This document shows positions 37,680 through 50,074 of a stretch of DNA of 64,000 nucleotides, piece after piece (position 1 is the stretch's first letter; each line of letters begins with the position of its first letter). Origin of the DNA: Lytechinus pictus (Eukaryota); the NCBI RefSeq assembly GCF_037042905.1, contig NC_087245.1:41232001-41296000 (forward strand). The letters run 5' to 3'. Under the pieces are notes generated by a model. That model was given only the letters and a program-made list of their open reading frames with translations. It was not told the DNA's origin and ran no database searches. The translations under genes and the position numbers were made by a program.

Positions 37680-37964
37680 TTAATAATAATGATAATAATA
37701 ATAGCTGGATTTATAAAGCGCTTTTTGCCAGATGATACAAAGCGCTGCTATTATTACCCCGGCTTTATAGCTCGAGCTACCATCACCGGCGTTCAGTGCA
37801 TGCAATGAATTACTCTTGCCGGGTACCCATTCACCTCACCTGGGTCGAGTGCAACACAGTGTGGATAAATTTCTTGCTGAAGGAAAACACGCCATGGCTA
37901 CAATTCGAACCCATGACCCTCTGTTTCAAAGGCGAGAGTCAGAACCACTAGACCACGACGCACC
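37680..37964 (-). mobile_element. tRNA-derived SINE with Deu/Nin-type core and (ATT)n tail
   Basis: Minus strand: A box tggtctagtgg, B box ggttcgaatt, core cactcgacccaggtga..aatgggtacccgg, tail aaagcgctttataaat + (ATT)n. Confidence 0.85.
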
Positions 37965-38009
37965 CACACATTTGTCTCACATATTCATTAACTCGTACAT
38001 TAGCCGGTG

Positions 38010-38158
38010 ATTGAACTTTCACTGTGTCAGTTTCAAAATACTGGAATGATTTGCCTCTAGTAATAATATTATATAATTTATTTTAGGTATTTTCATTGTA
38101 AGTGCTTTAATTGCGCCTTATTGGAAAAGCGCCGTATAAGTAATAAATATTATTTTTA
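38010..38158 (+). mobile_element. L2-type LINE 3' end fragment
   Basis: Translates TFTVSVSKYWNDLP (WN.LP motif of LINE ORF2 C-terminus), then tgtaagtgcttt...ggaaaagcgccgtataag..tattatt tail. Confidence 0.55.
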
Positions 38159-39029
38159 TCATGGCTGCCGTATTGATTATTTTAATGGTCAACGCGACAT
38201 GCTATTTCGGCCTTTGGGGGAATCCATTTTAAGACGGTTCTGTCAAATTTGATCTGCTGGGTTTTTTTTCTTCAAAACAATAATTGATACTATTTGGTGG
38301 TTTAGCAATGATAATGTTTATGTGAAATTATTTTTAATAGCTTTTGGTAAAATATGGGCTCACCTTTGCTCCGATTATTTGTAAATAGAAGCAAAATTTT
38401 TATGGAAAGAATAAGAGAAAAATTAGTGGTGAAAGAAAAATGTAAACATTCGAATGCATTTTCATGGTTATAACGTTCATTACGTCAATGATTAAAACAA
38501 TGAAAATGACGATGTCGTGCTCATTTGAAATGTGACAATCAAAATAGGGCAAAATGGGTGAACTCGGCATTATGCAATTGGGTTAGACACACAATCCATA
38601 CTGTAGCCCCCTCCACCTCCACGAACACATTAGTGTCAATTCTAATAACGCTACCACCGGAAACGTCTTCGAAACAGAACATTATGTACATCGTTCAAGC
38701 AAACAAACTTGTTGCATTTGAAAGACTCGTTCTCCTTGTCTCGTAGTGCAAACACTTGTACTGCTCGTAGCTCCGACAGGGGGTTACAAGTATAGGTAAT
38801 AGTTACATTATATCGAACAAACCACAGATAATGCAATAAAGGAACCAAAAACAACGAACCTATAATGCATATATGGCAACCGAAATAATTATGAAAGGAT
38901 TATAAAGATATTCATGTTTTTTATTACAAAATATTGCACCCTCTACGCTTGCTCATAAGGTTTCTATTCTTTTTCTTTTTCCCCCATGTTCTTCATTTTG
39001 GGTCCTCTTTGTTGGAGGTAAACATACAT

Positions 39030-40102
39030 CAGGGGCGGATCCAGCTTTCGCCAATAGGGGGGCCGAAAAATATTTTCATCAACATTTTTCTCGATTGGCC
39101 GCTATAATCTGATTTTTTTTTTTCGGGGGGTAGTCCTAACTAAAGACTGAAGTTTTAAATATATGTTTGTTTTAATTGTTATAAACAAGATAAGGTATCT
39201 CATGTGGTCTTAATATGTAATGCGAGCGCGAAGCGCGAGCTCAAATTCTTTGATATTTTATGTCCTTAGACCTGAAGATTCTGAGGAGATTGTATAATCA
39301 TGAAAAAAAATAAGTATCCAACTAAACAATGCGAGCGCGAAGCTCGAGCCGAAATTCTATTATAGTAACGTGAAAAGGGACTCAATTAGGACTGTTTTTT
39401 TAGTGATTAATGAAGAGGATACAAGTATCACCAATTAAATAATGAGAGTGCGAAGCGCGAGCTCAATATTCTGATATTCCGACCTGAAAACTGAACAGTC
39501 TAAGCGCGTTTTTATTTAAATAAAGAACAAGCTGTGTGTCTCAAACAATAATGCGAGCGCGAAGCACGAGCTTAATTTTTTGATATACTGAGATGATAAA
39601 GGAGCATTTTGACAAATTTTGGTAAGAATTTCCAAAGAGGATAGGTAAGTCACAAATCAAACAATGCGAGCGCGCAGCGCGAGCTGAAAATTTTGATATA
39701 TATTATATAAACAATTTGTGTAAATCAAACTAAATAATGAAAGCTTGATGTGCGAGCTAAAATATTGTGTGCAAATTGATTTCAGAACTGGATATATAAG
39801 TGCCATTTAATCCTCTTGAATGGGATTCATTACACAGGCAATGCGAGCGCGAAGCGCAAGCGAAAATTTGTATATAAAGTCTATTTTCCAATTCTTCCCC
39901 TCACCTTTTTTTTGGTTTCCTTTCGGGGTCGGGCCGGCCGTTACGAGGCTGTAAATTACACATCATGGGTATGATACCTCTTTCTTACTTTTCTTTCTGT
40001 GTTTCATAGTTTCTATCAAGTTAAAGAGTACACTTTTTTTGCAGGTTGTCAAAAAATAGGGGGGGCCGGGGCCGGCTCGGCCCCCTCCTGGATCCGCGCC
40101 TG
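39030..40102. mobile_element. hAT-like non-autonomous element with internal ~110-bp tandem repeats
   Basis: caggggcggatccag ... ctggatccgcgcctg; TACAT flanks both ends; seven aatgcgagcgcgaagcgcgagc-like motifs inside. Confidence 0.85.
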
Positions 40103-41183
40103 TACATTTCTTTTAAGTGTGAGGTTATTCAATTAATTCTATTAATACTTTATTTTGAAATTCGCGTCAGTTTATTACCGCCCACCATAATTTTTTAATA
40201 ACTTAAACAATCATAAAAAAGTGAAAGTAAAAAAAAAGAAAAACCCTTCCATCTGTATGTAGTCGCTCGAATACCTTTGTCTTGGATCCTCTCTCGAGAA
40301 TGTCTCTTAAAAAAAAGAGATTTCTCGTTTCTAAAGAAATTTCTTTTAACAGCCAAAAGCGATGTAGAGTCTTCCTGATATGATTCTCTTCTTTTTGGAA
40401 GGCAGAACATGGAAGTCACGTGATTTATATTGCCCTCGAAACCAAAGTACTCTGCTACCGCCCTTTTTAGATATATTCAACACTGTTATGGGTATTACAG
40501 AAAAGCAGAGTCTTCATCCACCCCACCCCCTCCCCAAACTGAAAATTGATCGCTGCAAACACTTAGATCCATTCGAATGTAAAATGTCAGTTACCATTAT
40601 AATTACTTTGTGTTTTAAGAGATAATTGTCTCTTCCAACAACATTGAAGTGTATGATAACGAGTTTGTTTATACAGGAGACTCATTTAAAAGAATCCGCA
40701 CACATTTCGCTGTCTTCGCCAGCCCCCCCCCCCCCCCTCATTCCCAGCTTGAGCTCCCAGATTATCCATTGCGCATGGTCATTGTGACGAGAGGGAGAGA
40801 GAGAACTTGAAAAAAAAAATGAAGGAAAAAAGTCTTTAACGTACAGTATAACATCATCCTCTGAGGGTATATTCTACTTTTCAAAGGTTATTGCTCCTCT
40901 TTGCTTATTTATGTTCGCGTGATTTGTCTCTGTGTTTCCTGTTCCAGCACCAAGCCATTGTTTTCGACGCTGATCGAGCATCGTATCGTCACATCGTATC
41001 GTATAAGAACAGGGTGAATAAATCTGCTCAAAGCAAAAAAGCAGCAAAACAACTTGTCTATTTTGTTTATTCTATTTCGTGTTGTGCTTTTATTCCCAGT
41101 TGATTGATTAGCCTAGAAAGAGCACTCAGAGAGAGAGATGGAGAGAGAGAGGGGGGAGAGGGGGAGATGGAGACAAAGTGAAG

Positions 41184-41432
41184 CACTGCAAAAACTCGGG
41201 TGTTGATTTAACACCAGCCCGGGATCTATATCTGTCCACACCAGAGAAGTATTGAAACAACACCTGTTTGGAATCAAACCAATGCTGCTTTAATGCTAAT
41301 TGGTGTTGTATAAACACCTATCTGGTGTTAGACTAATACCAAAACCGGTGTTGTTTAACACTTCTCTGGTATGGACATACATGTATATAGATTCCAGGCT
41401 GGTGTTAAATCAGCACCGGAGTTTTTGCAGTG
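41184..41432. mobile_element. CACTA/EnSpm (CMC)-like MITE
   Basis: ~50-bp TIR cactgcaaaaactc.ggtg.tgatttaacaccagcc.gg.atctata; 3-bp TSD AAG. Confidence 0.85.
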
Positions 41433-42307
41433 AAGGAAGAGTGGAAATAGAAGGAGAGAGGGAGAGATGGAGAAAAAGACACAAAGATATAGAAAGAGAA
41501 AAAGGGAGAGAATGATAAAGAAATATAAAGAGATAAAAGAGAGAGAGAGAGAGAGAAAGAGATGGACAGAGGGGGAGGGAGGGGGCAAGGGGGGAGAGAG
41601 AGGGAGTGATGGGGTTGCGGAAAAGGACTGGAAAGGGGTGAACGTACCGCTCTCCAATAAGAGCCAGAGCAATAACGACAGTCCGTTGCCATGACAATGA
41701 ATACGTAACCGCAACGGAGCCCCGTTTTATATTGTAAAATAAACAGTCAGACACTATAGGAAGAAGAAAAAGAAAACGATAACGAGGGTCTCTAAACTTT
41801 CTTCTGCACGTGGCTTGCATATAATTTTTTGAAAACACGTGGCTACTGATTAGCTTTAATCTGGCCATCGTAGTTGAGCTGACAACCACTACAAAAATAC
41901 ATATTTAAACAATTGCAATATCTTTCATTGTATTCGCTTCCTGTAGTGCCCTTGTACAAAGCTTACTATAGGCTTATTTCTTTTACTTGACTGATCTCTT
42001 TAAAATATAATGTGGAATTAAGTCGTTAAATTCTTAATACGCATGCAATATGCTGATGGGCCTATCATATAATGGAAATTAGTTTTAATTTTGATACAAA
42101 AATACTGAATAAACCTTACAGTATGATTATTCCATATTTATCACATATTTCTCCCCCTCTCCATCTTTCTTTCTGCGTTTTTCCCTCTTTGTTTTTACTT
42201 TTTTCCCTCCCCGTTTCAACTAGTATTCAGTCCGAAGCGCAGGAACTTCCAGTTGCAGCTAGTTGAACAAATCTGGCTCATTGGGCATTTCGACCAAAAG
42301 GATTCCG

Positions 42308-43030
42308 CCAGTACCAGTTGATACTAGTTGATACTAGTTGATACCAGTTGAATAAACTGCGATATAGACCAGTACACTCTGGTACCATTTGATTCCAGTA
42401 CGGGCCGTGTGGTCCAGTGGTTAGAGCACTGAACTCATTATCAAAAGGTTGTGAGTTCGAATCCTCACTCTGCCATTGTCTCCACTTTGATAAAAAGGCC
42501 CGAGAGTAATATAATTATGTCGTCTATGAGGTCAGTCACTATGACTGATTAACCTAGACGTAAAATGTTTCCTAGGTAAATGGTTATACACCAGCTTGGC
42601 GTTTACCAGCAAAAAATGCTGTCCTGCCGAGTTCCTACGGAAACTACCATAAAAAGAAACAGAAGTAAAAAAAAAAAAAAAAAAAAGTTAATTAAATTTG
42701 CACAAACACCAGTTCACTGTGGTACCACTTGATACCAGTTGATTCCAGTTGGTACCAGTTGTTTCAGTTGATTCCATTCGATAAAACTTGCACATAGACC
42801 CGTTCACTCTGGTACCGGTTGCTTCAGTTGATACCTGTTGATTAAACTTGCACAAAGACCAGTCTAATCTGGGATAATTTGGTTCCAGTTGATACCATTT
42901 AATAAAACATGGTACCAGTTCATTCCAGTTATTAAACTTACTCATAGACCCGTTCAATCTGGTACCAGATAATAAAACTTGCACATAGGAGTTCAATCTG
43001 CTACCAGTTGACTCCAGTTGACCACAGTTG
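42308..43030. repeat. Satellite-like array (CCAGTTGATA 10-mers within ~60-bp units) split by a SINE
   Basis: Repeated attaaacttgcacatagacc.gttcactctggtaccagttgat.ccagtt. Confidence 0.8.
42402..42686 (+). mobile_element. tRNA-derived SINE, full length, with poly(A) tail
   Basis: A box TGGTCCAGTGG (42410-42420), B box GAGTTCGAATCC (42453-42464), ~200-bp body, A20 tail. Confidence 0.9.
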
Positions 43031-45332
43031 ATTAAAATGGCAAAAAGACAGTTTCAGTCAAATGGGTCCAACGGTGCCAGCTGGTTCAAGTTATTGTAAA
43101 GATAATATTTAACTAGTAAATTACCAGTTAGAGATCCAACTGCTTTAAACTGGTTATTTACCCGGGAAGGCACTCTCTTTGATACATACAAAGGTACTTC
43201 CGAATACTTTATCTGTGATGCGATAGTCTCCAGAAACAATCGTTTGCAAAAGAAGCGTATGTCAAGTAAAGTAAACGAAGCGTTCATAGGCCATTTTATT
43301 GTGGCTGTGTGGGTTTCACTTTGTTTCATTTATCATTTATATTGGATCATATTCTGTGTAATATTAACAAAAATATTGAAAGACTTCTATGGCACACTCA
43401 CTCTGTACACGTTTTTTTTTTTCGAAACTGGAAAGATTCCACGCGTTGTTCTCAATATTTCAAAGGGAGCCAGCAATGTGCTTTCACCTTCAGCCGTTGT
43501 ATTTTGTATGGAAAGACGGGATGACGAATTGCAGGGGATCAACGGTTGAAGCCAAGCTTACCCCCACCAAAGAATCATTAATATTTTAAGGAAACAGAAC
43601 TTAAATTCCCTGAAGATGATTTTTTGTTTTTACTTTTGTATCCATTTCAGAGTAATCCGTTATTGCAAATGACCATGGTCATGACGGTGACGCGTGGAGA
43701 TCCCATGGATTTCTTTCAAATCCTATAGTCGTGCTTCATGCGTATATGATGGATAGCAAAAAAGTGACACATGTAAAACCATGGATTTCTTTTAATACCA
43801 AATTCATGCTCCTTGCGTATATGATGGATTGCTGAAAGTACATTATACAAATATAGGGAAATTCACAGTTTTTTAAAGTATTTTCGATTAAAAGTTTTAA
43901 AACTGACCGGGGTGGGTGGGTGGTTTTATTTCGAAAATAGTAGAGGTCAAGAATATGTATAATTTTGGAATAGTCGTCGGCACTTAGGGTAAGGGGTGGG
44001 CGAAAATGTGTTTCCTCTTTTTGGATGAGGGAGGGGTCAATTGCCCCCCCCCCATCCTCACTTCCCATGCACCTGTTGAAATAGTTCTCCGACAAATGTA
44101 TTTTACCAAACACCGTTCATAGCCAATGGAATTAGTAACTCCATGATGTAGCCCTTCTTGTAGGTCAAGAGAGATTCAATATAAGAGGTTAAGCAGATTG
44201 TGTCTCGATAATCTAAAGTAAGACGTGGCGCAGTGAACACTGATAATTTTTTTAAGGGGGGGGGGGTTGATGTTTGATTTTGCCCCTCTACATAGAGGAG
44301 AGTGAATCTGCTCTCTGTTGCCCCCCCCCCCCCTCGCCCCCCTCCTCCTCCTCCTCACACACGCTCCCTGCGCGTGTGCTTATGACCGAGTCAGTCAAAG
44401 AAGGAAATTACCTTATTCAAATATTTGTACTGACTTTCCCTGTCGATTTTTAAACGCCCTAAGAAGCATCGATTTTATTCCCTCGCTCTCGTGGTCATAA
44501 AAACTTGTCATCATCATCATCACCATAACATTGTGAGCAGTAATGTAATGATCCCCCCATCTCCCCCACCCCCCCAAAAAAAAAATGAATAAATTAATAA
44601 GAGGGGCCAAACATTGATCAAGCAAATATTGTGATAGAATTCACTTAGAAAATAAAATAATTTTTCACCCTTTCCCTTTCTTTCTTTTTTTCCTTTTTTT
44701 TCTTGGTCGTGGGACTTTCGGGGCCGTGGGCTGCAAGCCCCCTCCCCCCTCCCCATGTATACGCCAGTGATTGTGAGTACAATTCCTTCTTTATAGGGAA
44801 GCTGGGAAAACTTCCCCTTGATGAGTATGATATTACCATAAAAATAAAGGGAAGAGATAACAGGAGGGGAGAGCGCGAGTAGTCTGAAGGTGTACATATA
44901 GCAAAACACCAATCATTTCACACCGGGGTTAAATTTCTAATGTTAGTTCAACTTTAGCATTGTACTGTCTGGTTTTCCCCCCTTTCCTTTAGAGGCCTCC
45001 ATCAATCAATTTGCGATATTATACAGATTAGGACATTTTTAAGAGAAAATTTTCCATATATAATATATAATTCATATTTGACATGGGACATTACTAAGTT
45101 AACCACTATCCCGTATTTTCCAAAGAAGGGGGGGGGGTACATTTCCCTAGAAAAATTTGACAAGCCCCCCCCCAAAAAAAAAAAAAAGGTTTTCACCAAA
45201 AATTAAGGGCATTTCATCCAAGAACAAATTTGACAAGCAAAAAAAAGGCTTTCACCAAAAAATCAAGGACATTTCGTCGTGATGATTTTAAAATGATTTA
45301 AATTGTATACGCATTGTTATTGATATGTGGGG

Positions 45333-45600
45333 CACTAGCGTACCTACGGAGGGCAGAGGGGCAGACTGCCCCCCCCCCCCCTGACGAGTCTTGAAGACTT
45401 CTTTTTTTGCTTGTCAAATTTTTTTCTGGTACGAAATCCTTTATTTATGGTTGAAGACCCTTTTTTTTTTTTTTTTGCTTGTCATTTTTTTTCTGGTACG
45501 AAATCCTTTTATTTGTGGTTGAAGACCTTTTTTTTTTTGCTTGTCAAATTTTTTGGCGGACGAATTTGCCCCCCTGTGGAAAAAACTAGGTACGCCACTG
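45333..45600. mobile_element. hAT-like MITE
   Basis: cactagcgtaccta ... taggtacgccactg; 8-bp TSD ATGTGGGG. Confidence 0.85.
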
Positions 45601-46659
45601 ATGTGGGGAAAAAATAAAATCAAACTAACACTTGTCTCGTTTTTTCTTACGCTTGATTCACATCCTCACCATCAGTCAGACAAGTGACATGGCACTCAAA
45701 CCCGTGGTGGTATTACAACAGGCTCTGGTTCTTACCTTTTATACTCTTTGGCGTTATGTTCAATCTCTAGAGCGTAATTATAACACATCAGGGCGTGATC
45801 CTCTAGGGACATCAATACTCGTGTCAATGTTAACACACCCCAGCTTTTATTGTTTATGCTGGGCTCAAACTGGAAAGAAAGGAAGAAATAAATGAAACAG
45901 TGCTTGCTCCAAAAATGAATTCTAAGATCAGACTGATTCAAACCAAAGTGTAACTAGTAAAGAAAATTTTAAATTGCCATGCTGGCGGATATGTAGGGTT
46001 TTATTTATCCATTATACCGATCCAAGTCTGATATGAAGTGACTGCACTGCAAAAGGGTGGATCTAATGACCAGGTGGATGGATGGATGTTTTAAAGACAC
46101 TCTAAAAACTGCCGCTATTCTCTCTCCTCTCATTCCCCCTCCCCCCCCCCCCTCTCTCTCTATCTGTGTAATAAAATCTTTACTTCGAAATTAACACAAT
46201 TTCATTCTTACTTCCAAGGGGCTTGGGGCGCATGAGGTGACGCAATATTTTGCCTTCCCCGTTCTGCGCCTTAAACATGTCAAATTCAATAAGGTCAATA
46301 TGCCAAGCTCTTGACTTCAGACATGGTCAAGGAGCAAAGAGTACACTACTTAACAGGAATGAATCCAGGATATACCCAAAAGGCAGGGGACACTACAAAA
46401 AAATGACCAGCCCCCCAATAAAAATGGTTCTTACCCCCCCCACCCCCCCCCTTCTCCTCGTATACTTGCACCTGACGGAGATTGACTTGATGCGCGATAG
46501 ATCAACATTTTAGAACACCGTTCGTTCTTGCTGTGAAGACAGTCTAATGAAAGCTACAAACGCCGTCGCGGTTTTCTTTTCTTGTTATTGTATACACATT
46601 TAGCTTTAGAGAAGGACCTATTAATTTGCGATAATTAATCCCATGAGTATCCTTAATAC

Positions 46660-46829
46660 CAGTGGCGTACCTGGGATTTTTCACAGGGGGGGGGGCAAAA
46701 CCGTCCGCCAAAAAATTTGACAAGCAAAAAAAAAAAAAAAAAAAAAGGTCTTCAATCACAAATGAAGGATTTCGTACACAAGAAAAAAATTTGACAAGCA
46801 AAAAAAAAAAAAAAAAAAAAAAAAAAGGT
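46660..46829. mobile_element. One-ended copy of the 45333-45600 MITE family (inverted)
   Basis: Starts cagtggcgtacct; aaatttgacaagcaaaaa repeats; CTTAATAC on both sides. Confidence 0.7.
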
Positions 46830-46928
46830 CTTAATACTAAGCTCGTGGGTATCAACGGTCATCGGAACATCCGCAGATCACCAGATTTTCCATTACTGAA
46901 GAATCCTTGTTCTGGGAATGTCCGTAAC

Positions 46929-47238
46929 CATGAGCGGAAATCCCAGGGAGGGGGACAGGGGGACGTGTCTCCCCTACCAAAAATAGTAGGGGGACACAAT
47001 ATCAAATGTCCCCCTACTATTTTTGGTCTTTTATGATGGGGAGAAATACATCATTCACAATCGATATAATACACATATTTTGACCTTACATTTTGGATGA
47101 AAACCTTTTTTTTTTGCTTGTCAATTTTGTTTTGGTTAAATCGACCTTACATTTTGGGTGATAACCTTTTTTTTTTTTGCTTGTCAAATCTGCCAGCCCC
47201 TGGTCCCCCCTACCTTTAGGGACAGATTTCCGCCCATG
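46929..47238. mobile_element. hAT-like MITE
   Basis: catgagcggaaatc ... gatttccgcccatg; 8-bp TSD TCCGTAAC. Confidence 0.85.
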
Positions 47239-49524
47239 TCCGTAACTAATTACATTAATAAAACACAATTGCCACAACTACCCATCGCCCCCTTTAATAG
47301 GACATGTTGGAGTGGGTGGCATTATTCAAGCCTGGAGTGTTTTACACGAAAATTTCTGATTTTATCGCTTATATACGACATGCCCAGGACATTAGACTGC
47401 AAAGTCATTAGATTAGATTGGGGCACGAGATAATAGATCCAGCCAAACAAATAGGTGAAAACCATGACAACGGAGAGATAAAATTGACAGGGACAGAGAG
47501 AGTGGGAAGAGGGGAGAGAGAGAGAGATAGAGAGATTGAGAGAGCTAGATAAGAGCAAGGGGAAGGGGAGGGGAGATGGGGGGGGGGTCTGACATGATGA
47601 TGGATATGTATAACTGATTTAAATATATATATATGAGGATGTGTACATAGGCTGTACGGAGGATGTGAATGGGCGATGTGACAGGAACCTGGAACTATAC
47701 ATGTATAGGCCTTATCAATTTATTCACCGTGATGAGAAGGAGGTGACAAAGAAGCTATTTCTTTAAGAGTAGGGAGGGTAGCATGATCATGGCGATGTTG
47801 ATGACGCTTCCTAATGAAATATTAATTCCAAACACAATGGTGGAAAATGTCATCATGGAAACAATGATTATTGTGGAAGACGAAATTAAAATTTTTCGAA
47901 TAATCTTATTTATTCATATATATCTAAATAAGATTGCAAAGTCATTGATCCATGATTAATTTCAACCACGATTTGAATGAAAGTGCACGATTATCATCAA
48001 CGTGTTCCTGCGTACAGAGGGATCGCAGATTATTACGTTCTTTGAGGCAATTAATAATCTTCCTGAAATACTTTTCTTTTAGAACAAAGACCTCCGACAA
48101 AACGATCTCCCGTTTGCAATACATGTTTGGCTCAGGGGTGATCTTTAATAGGACTGTCCCTATTTTTAATTACTATAAACCAAAAAGGAAAAGAGGAGAA
48201 ACAAAAAGAAAAGAGGAAGGAAGAAAGAAGAAGATTATACAAAAGAGATGCTTTCACTTAAAAAAAAGGCGGAAGAATTTTCAGAAAAAAATAATAAAAC
48301 ATCAAAATATTTTATAGCAATAATAATAAAATAATTCTGTAAATTGTTATGATAGGAATATTTCTGTAGTTTAACAGAACAGATCTGTTTTTAAACAGGA
48401 AAAAGGGCTTTATAACACGAAAATTTTAAGGTTTCATACACAGAATACAAATTTTCTGTAATTTACACAATACATATGCATAGTGTAGTAAGATTACTGG
48501 TGTTCCCGAGACTCTGTTGCAAGAACTTTTTTAAGGATAAATTTTCTAACAGTGTGGGTCAGGTACTGTTACCCTATATTAACCGTGTTGTTCAATTAAG
48601 GAAAAATGGTGACGTAATTTTAGGTGGTCATGTCCCCCTTACAATTACCAACTTATCTTGGCGCCGCCCCCGCTTTGACTCGAAATCACTATCTTGATGG
48701 GAACGGTGTTGAAAGCATTACTGAATATACAGAGAGTAATGTTTTCATAATTTATGCTAAGTTGAGAGAGGATGACACAATTTGATTAACTTCACCTAGA
48801 AATCCGAGCACGAACGAATTTCTTAATTTTGAATATTTTTTTTTATTCGCGTACACAGTCCTGCTAGTAGCTTTTAAAAATCGATATTGGCTGTCGTATA
48901 CGGGCAGTGCCGTGTTTATCACCCCAGTGGAAAATATTTTACGGCGAATACAAGTTGAAAGGAAAGAAAAACAGGAAAAGGGGGAGTTTGTGAGATGATG
49001 GGGGAGGCGGCTGGGAGAACTAAATTATAAGAAGAATGATAGGAGGGGAAATAAGAAAAGTACTTTGACAAAAAATTAGCAGAAGAAGAAGAAGATGATG
49101 ATAATGATCAAATGCCTCTTCTATTAAATATTAAAATAATATCAAACACAACGATATTTTCACTATGCTTCTATATCAAACTCACACCACTGCCCCCCCC
49201 CCCCTTCATCCGATAACCATTTTCTAAAATCCAAACATGCCATTGGCATGTTGTAATCTCTTCCATTAATCGCTACACAAATATCGCTATATACAGTATG
49301 CTAATTACTGAAACCGATGCTTTCCCGCCTGAACAATATACAGTATATTGAATTTCCCCATTAAACCCTGGGAATAATATTTTAAGACTTCTTTGCGCTC
49401 TGCTGATAAAAAGTGCTGTAAAAATGCGGCCATGCCTATCATTTTGGAATTAAAGGACCGGTAATGATTGTCTTGTTCAAAATTTATACAAAATAACACA
49501 AGAACTTAATCATGATAAATTCAA

Positions 49525-49794
49525 CAGTGGCGCAAAGATGGGGGAGCTTGGGGCGCTCGCCTCCGCAAATTTTTAACGACCAAGAAAAAAAAAGAGAAAA
49601 GGGAAAGAAAGGGAAAAAGAGAAGGGTGAAATACAATATTATTTTCTAAATATTATGTCGAAATCTATCACAAAATTTGATTTTTGTAATGAAAATGTCG
49701 ACATTTTCGCTCGCTGGCTCGCAATTTTTAGAAAAAAAATTGGCCAATACGCCATATTTGTTCCCCTCGAAATTTTTGGCTCATGACGCCTCTG
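49525..49794 (+). mobile_element. hAT-like MITE
   Basis: cagtggcgca ... tgacgcctctg; homologous to 21355-21604. Confidence 0.75.
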
Positions 49795-49887
49795 AACTTA
49801 AATAGCTCCTAGTTTGCCCGAGCATTGCCAGACATAGCAACGAAAAAAACATGCCACACAGGATTCTAAGCATCTAATACCAAATTC

Positions 49888-50074
49888 TTGAAATAAATCC
49901 AGAGCGGTTATGATACAGTGACCAGCCGAATATCAGTTTTAGATGGATTTCATTATAAAGCTAAAATATCTGAATTTATATCTTTGGTTGTGATTTAAAT
50001 GTTAATCCTCAAGTTTGAAAATAAATTCAAAATTCGGCTGGTCACTATTCACAATCGATTCGAATTTATTTCAA
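49888..50074. mobile_element. Degenerate foldback element
   Basis: ttgaaataaat...agtgaccagccgaat is inverted to attcggctggtcact...atttatttcaa. Confidence 0.55.

Noticed and set aside
39219..39862. CRISPR-like 22-bp palindromic repeats
   Set aside because: Spacers are ~90 bp and resemble each other, and the array lies inside a TIR/TSD-bounded transposon.
42402..42475. tRNA gene (also heads at ~37890-37964, ~51453-51520, ~55055-55128)
   Set aside because: A and B boxes present but no clean cloverleaf or terminator; each continues into a SINE body and tail.
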